Shown in pieces: positions 63,601 through 64,000 of a stretch of DNA of 64,000 nt. The DNA is taken from the NCBI GenBank assembly GCA_011109175.1, contig RDEW01000007.1:153424-217423 (forward strand), read 5' to 3'. This DNA is from Dicyema japonicum. Its lineage: Eukaryota; Animalia; Dicyemida. Position numbers and translations under genes: made by a program. The notes beneath the pieces are model-generated. The model saw only the letters and a program-made list of their open reading frames with translations. It was not told the DNA's origin and made no database searches. Positions within the stretch are counted from its first letter, which is position 1. Each line of letters opens with the position of its first letter.

Positions 63601-64000
63601 TCCAGAGGTTTATGGGAAATATTTTTATAATTTTTTTGAATTTGTTCAAATTTTGATAAATATTGTTCAATTTCATTTGATATTATATTTATCTTTTCAT
63701 TGTAACCATAAAATTCTTAACATTCTTTTGATCTTGTACAAAGCTGTCTCTCAACAACTTCCAGTTGCTCACCATATTTTGAGATTTGCTCATGAGGTCG
63801 AGGTTTTCTTTAATCGGAGTAGCAGCACAAATTGATTCTTTAATTACTTCTCCTTCAAGCAATAATCGTTCAATATCCTATATTTAAAACAACAATTACA
63901 TTTTCTACATTCCGAGCCATAACCGAACTGTCCAAGTCCTCAGAAATAGTTCTATGAATACTCATCTTTTGTTTAACAAATTCTTGTATTTGTCCAAATT
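57650..64000 (-). CDS. Giant spectrin-repeat protein, nesprin-1/SYNE1-like, 3' portion; many micro-introns of 21-26 nt and several single-base frameshifts
   Basis: Spliced segments LDEVDLKWKSLL, ILEEWLSLTRDSL, ELEQEIDEHVGGIQSLSDLCEL and RKHWLKETLSKWNNF resemble C-terminal spectrin repeats of nesprin-1 (recalled). The exact stop is unresolved. Confidence 0.7.

Noticed and set aside
1463-63835. Many short ORFs in the supplied track lying antisense to or overlapping TEs and host genes
   Set aside because: Shadow frames of the annotated coding sequences, with no independent motifs.

Overview
Eukaryotic, AT-rich nuclear DNA. A few very compact host genes sit in a large expanse of mostly decayed transposons. 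Host genes reconstructed by hand: ABCD4-like ABC transporter, LYAR, a secreted ML/NPC2-like protein, intronless PUS3, cytochrome c1, a 93-aa orphan ORF, SEL1L/HRD3, and part of a giant nesprin-like spectrin-repeat gene that runs off the right edge. Nearly all are split by spliceosomal micro-introns of about 20-27 nt. The nesprin-like gene points to a metazoan, and the micro-introns to a highly reduced one such as a myxozoan or dicyemid; this is inference, and the taxon was not identified. The remaining sequence comprises I/Jockey-like, RTE, L1/Tx1-like, R4/NeSL-like and CRE-like non-LTR retrotransposons, hAT (Buster-type), MULE and Helitron remnants, a tRNA-derived SINE family, and a Ginger-type integrase DNA transposon. 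Most notable: (1) a TIR/TSD-bounded Ginger-like transposon whose integrase gene carries host-style micro-introns; (2) a LINE with a virus-like 2A (GDVETNPGP) peptide upstream of its endonuclease; (3) an in-frame TGA at the conserved Trp of cytochrome c1 (RHK*TVIKSRK); (4) a structured-core SINE family. Several single-base homopolymer indels suggest an imperfectly polished assembly, so frameshifts and the TGA need read-level checks. TE boundaries are approximate unless a TIR, TSD or tail is cited. All family assignments come from recalled motifs, not database searches.
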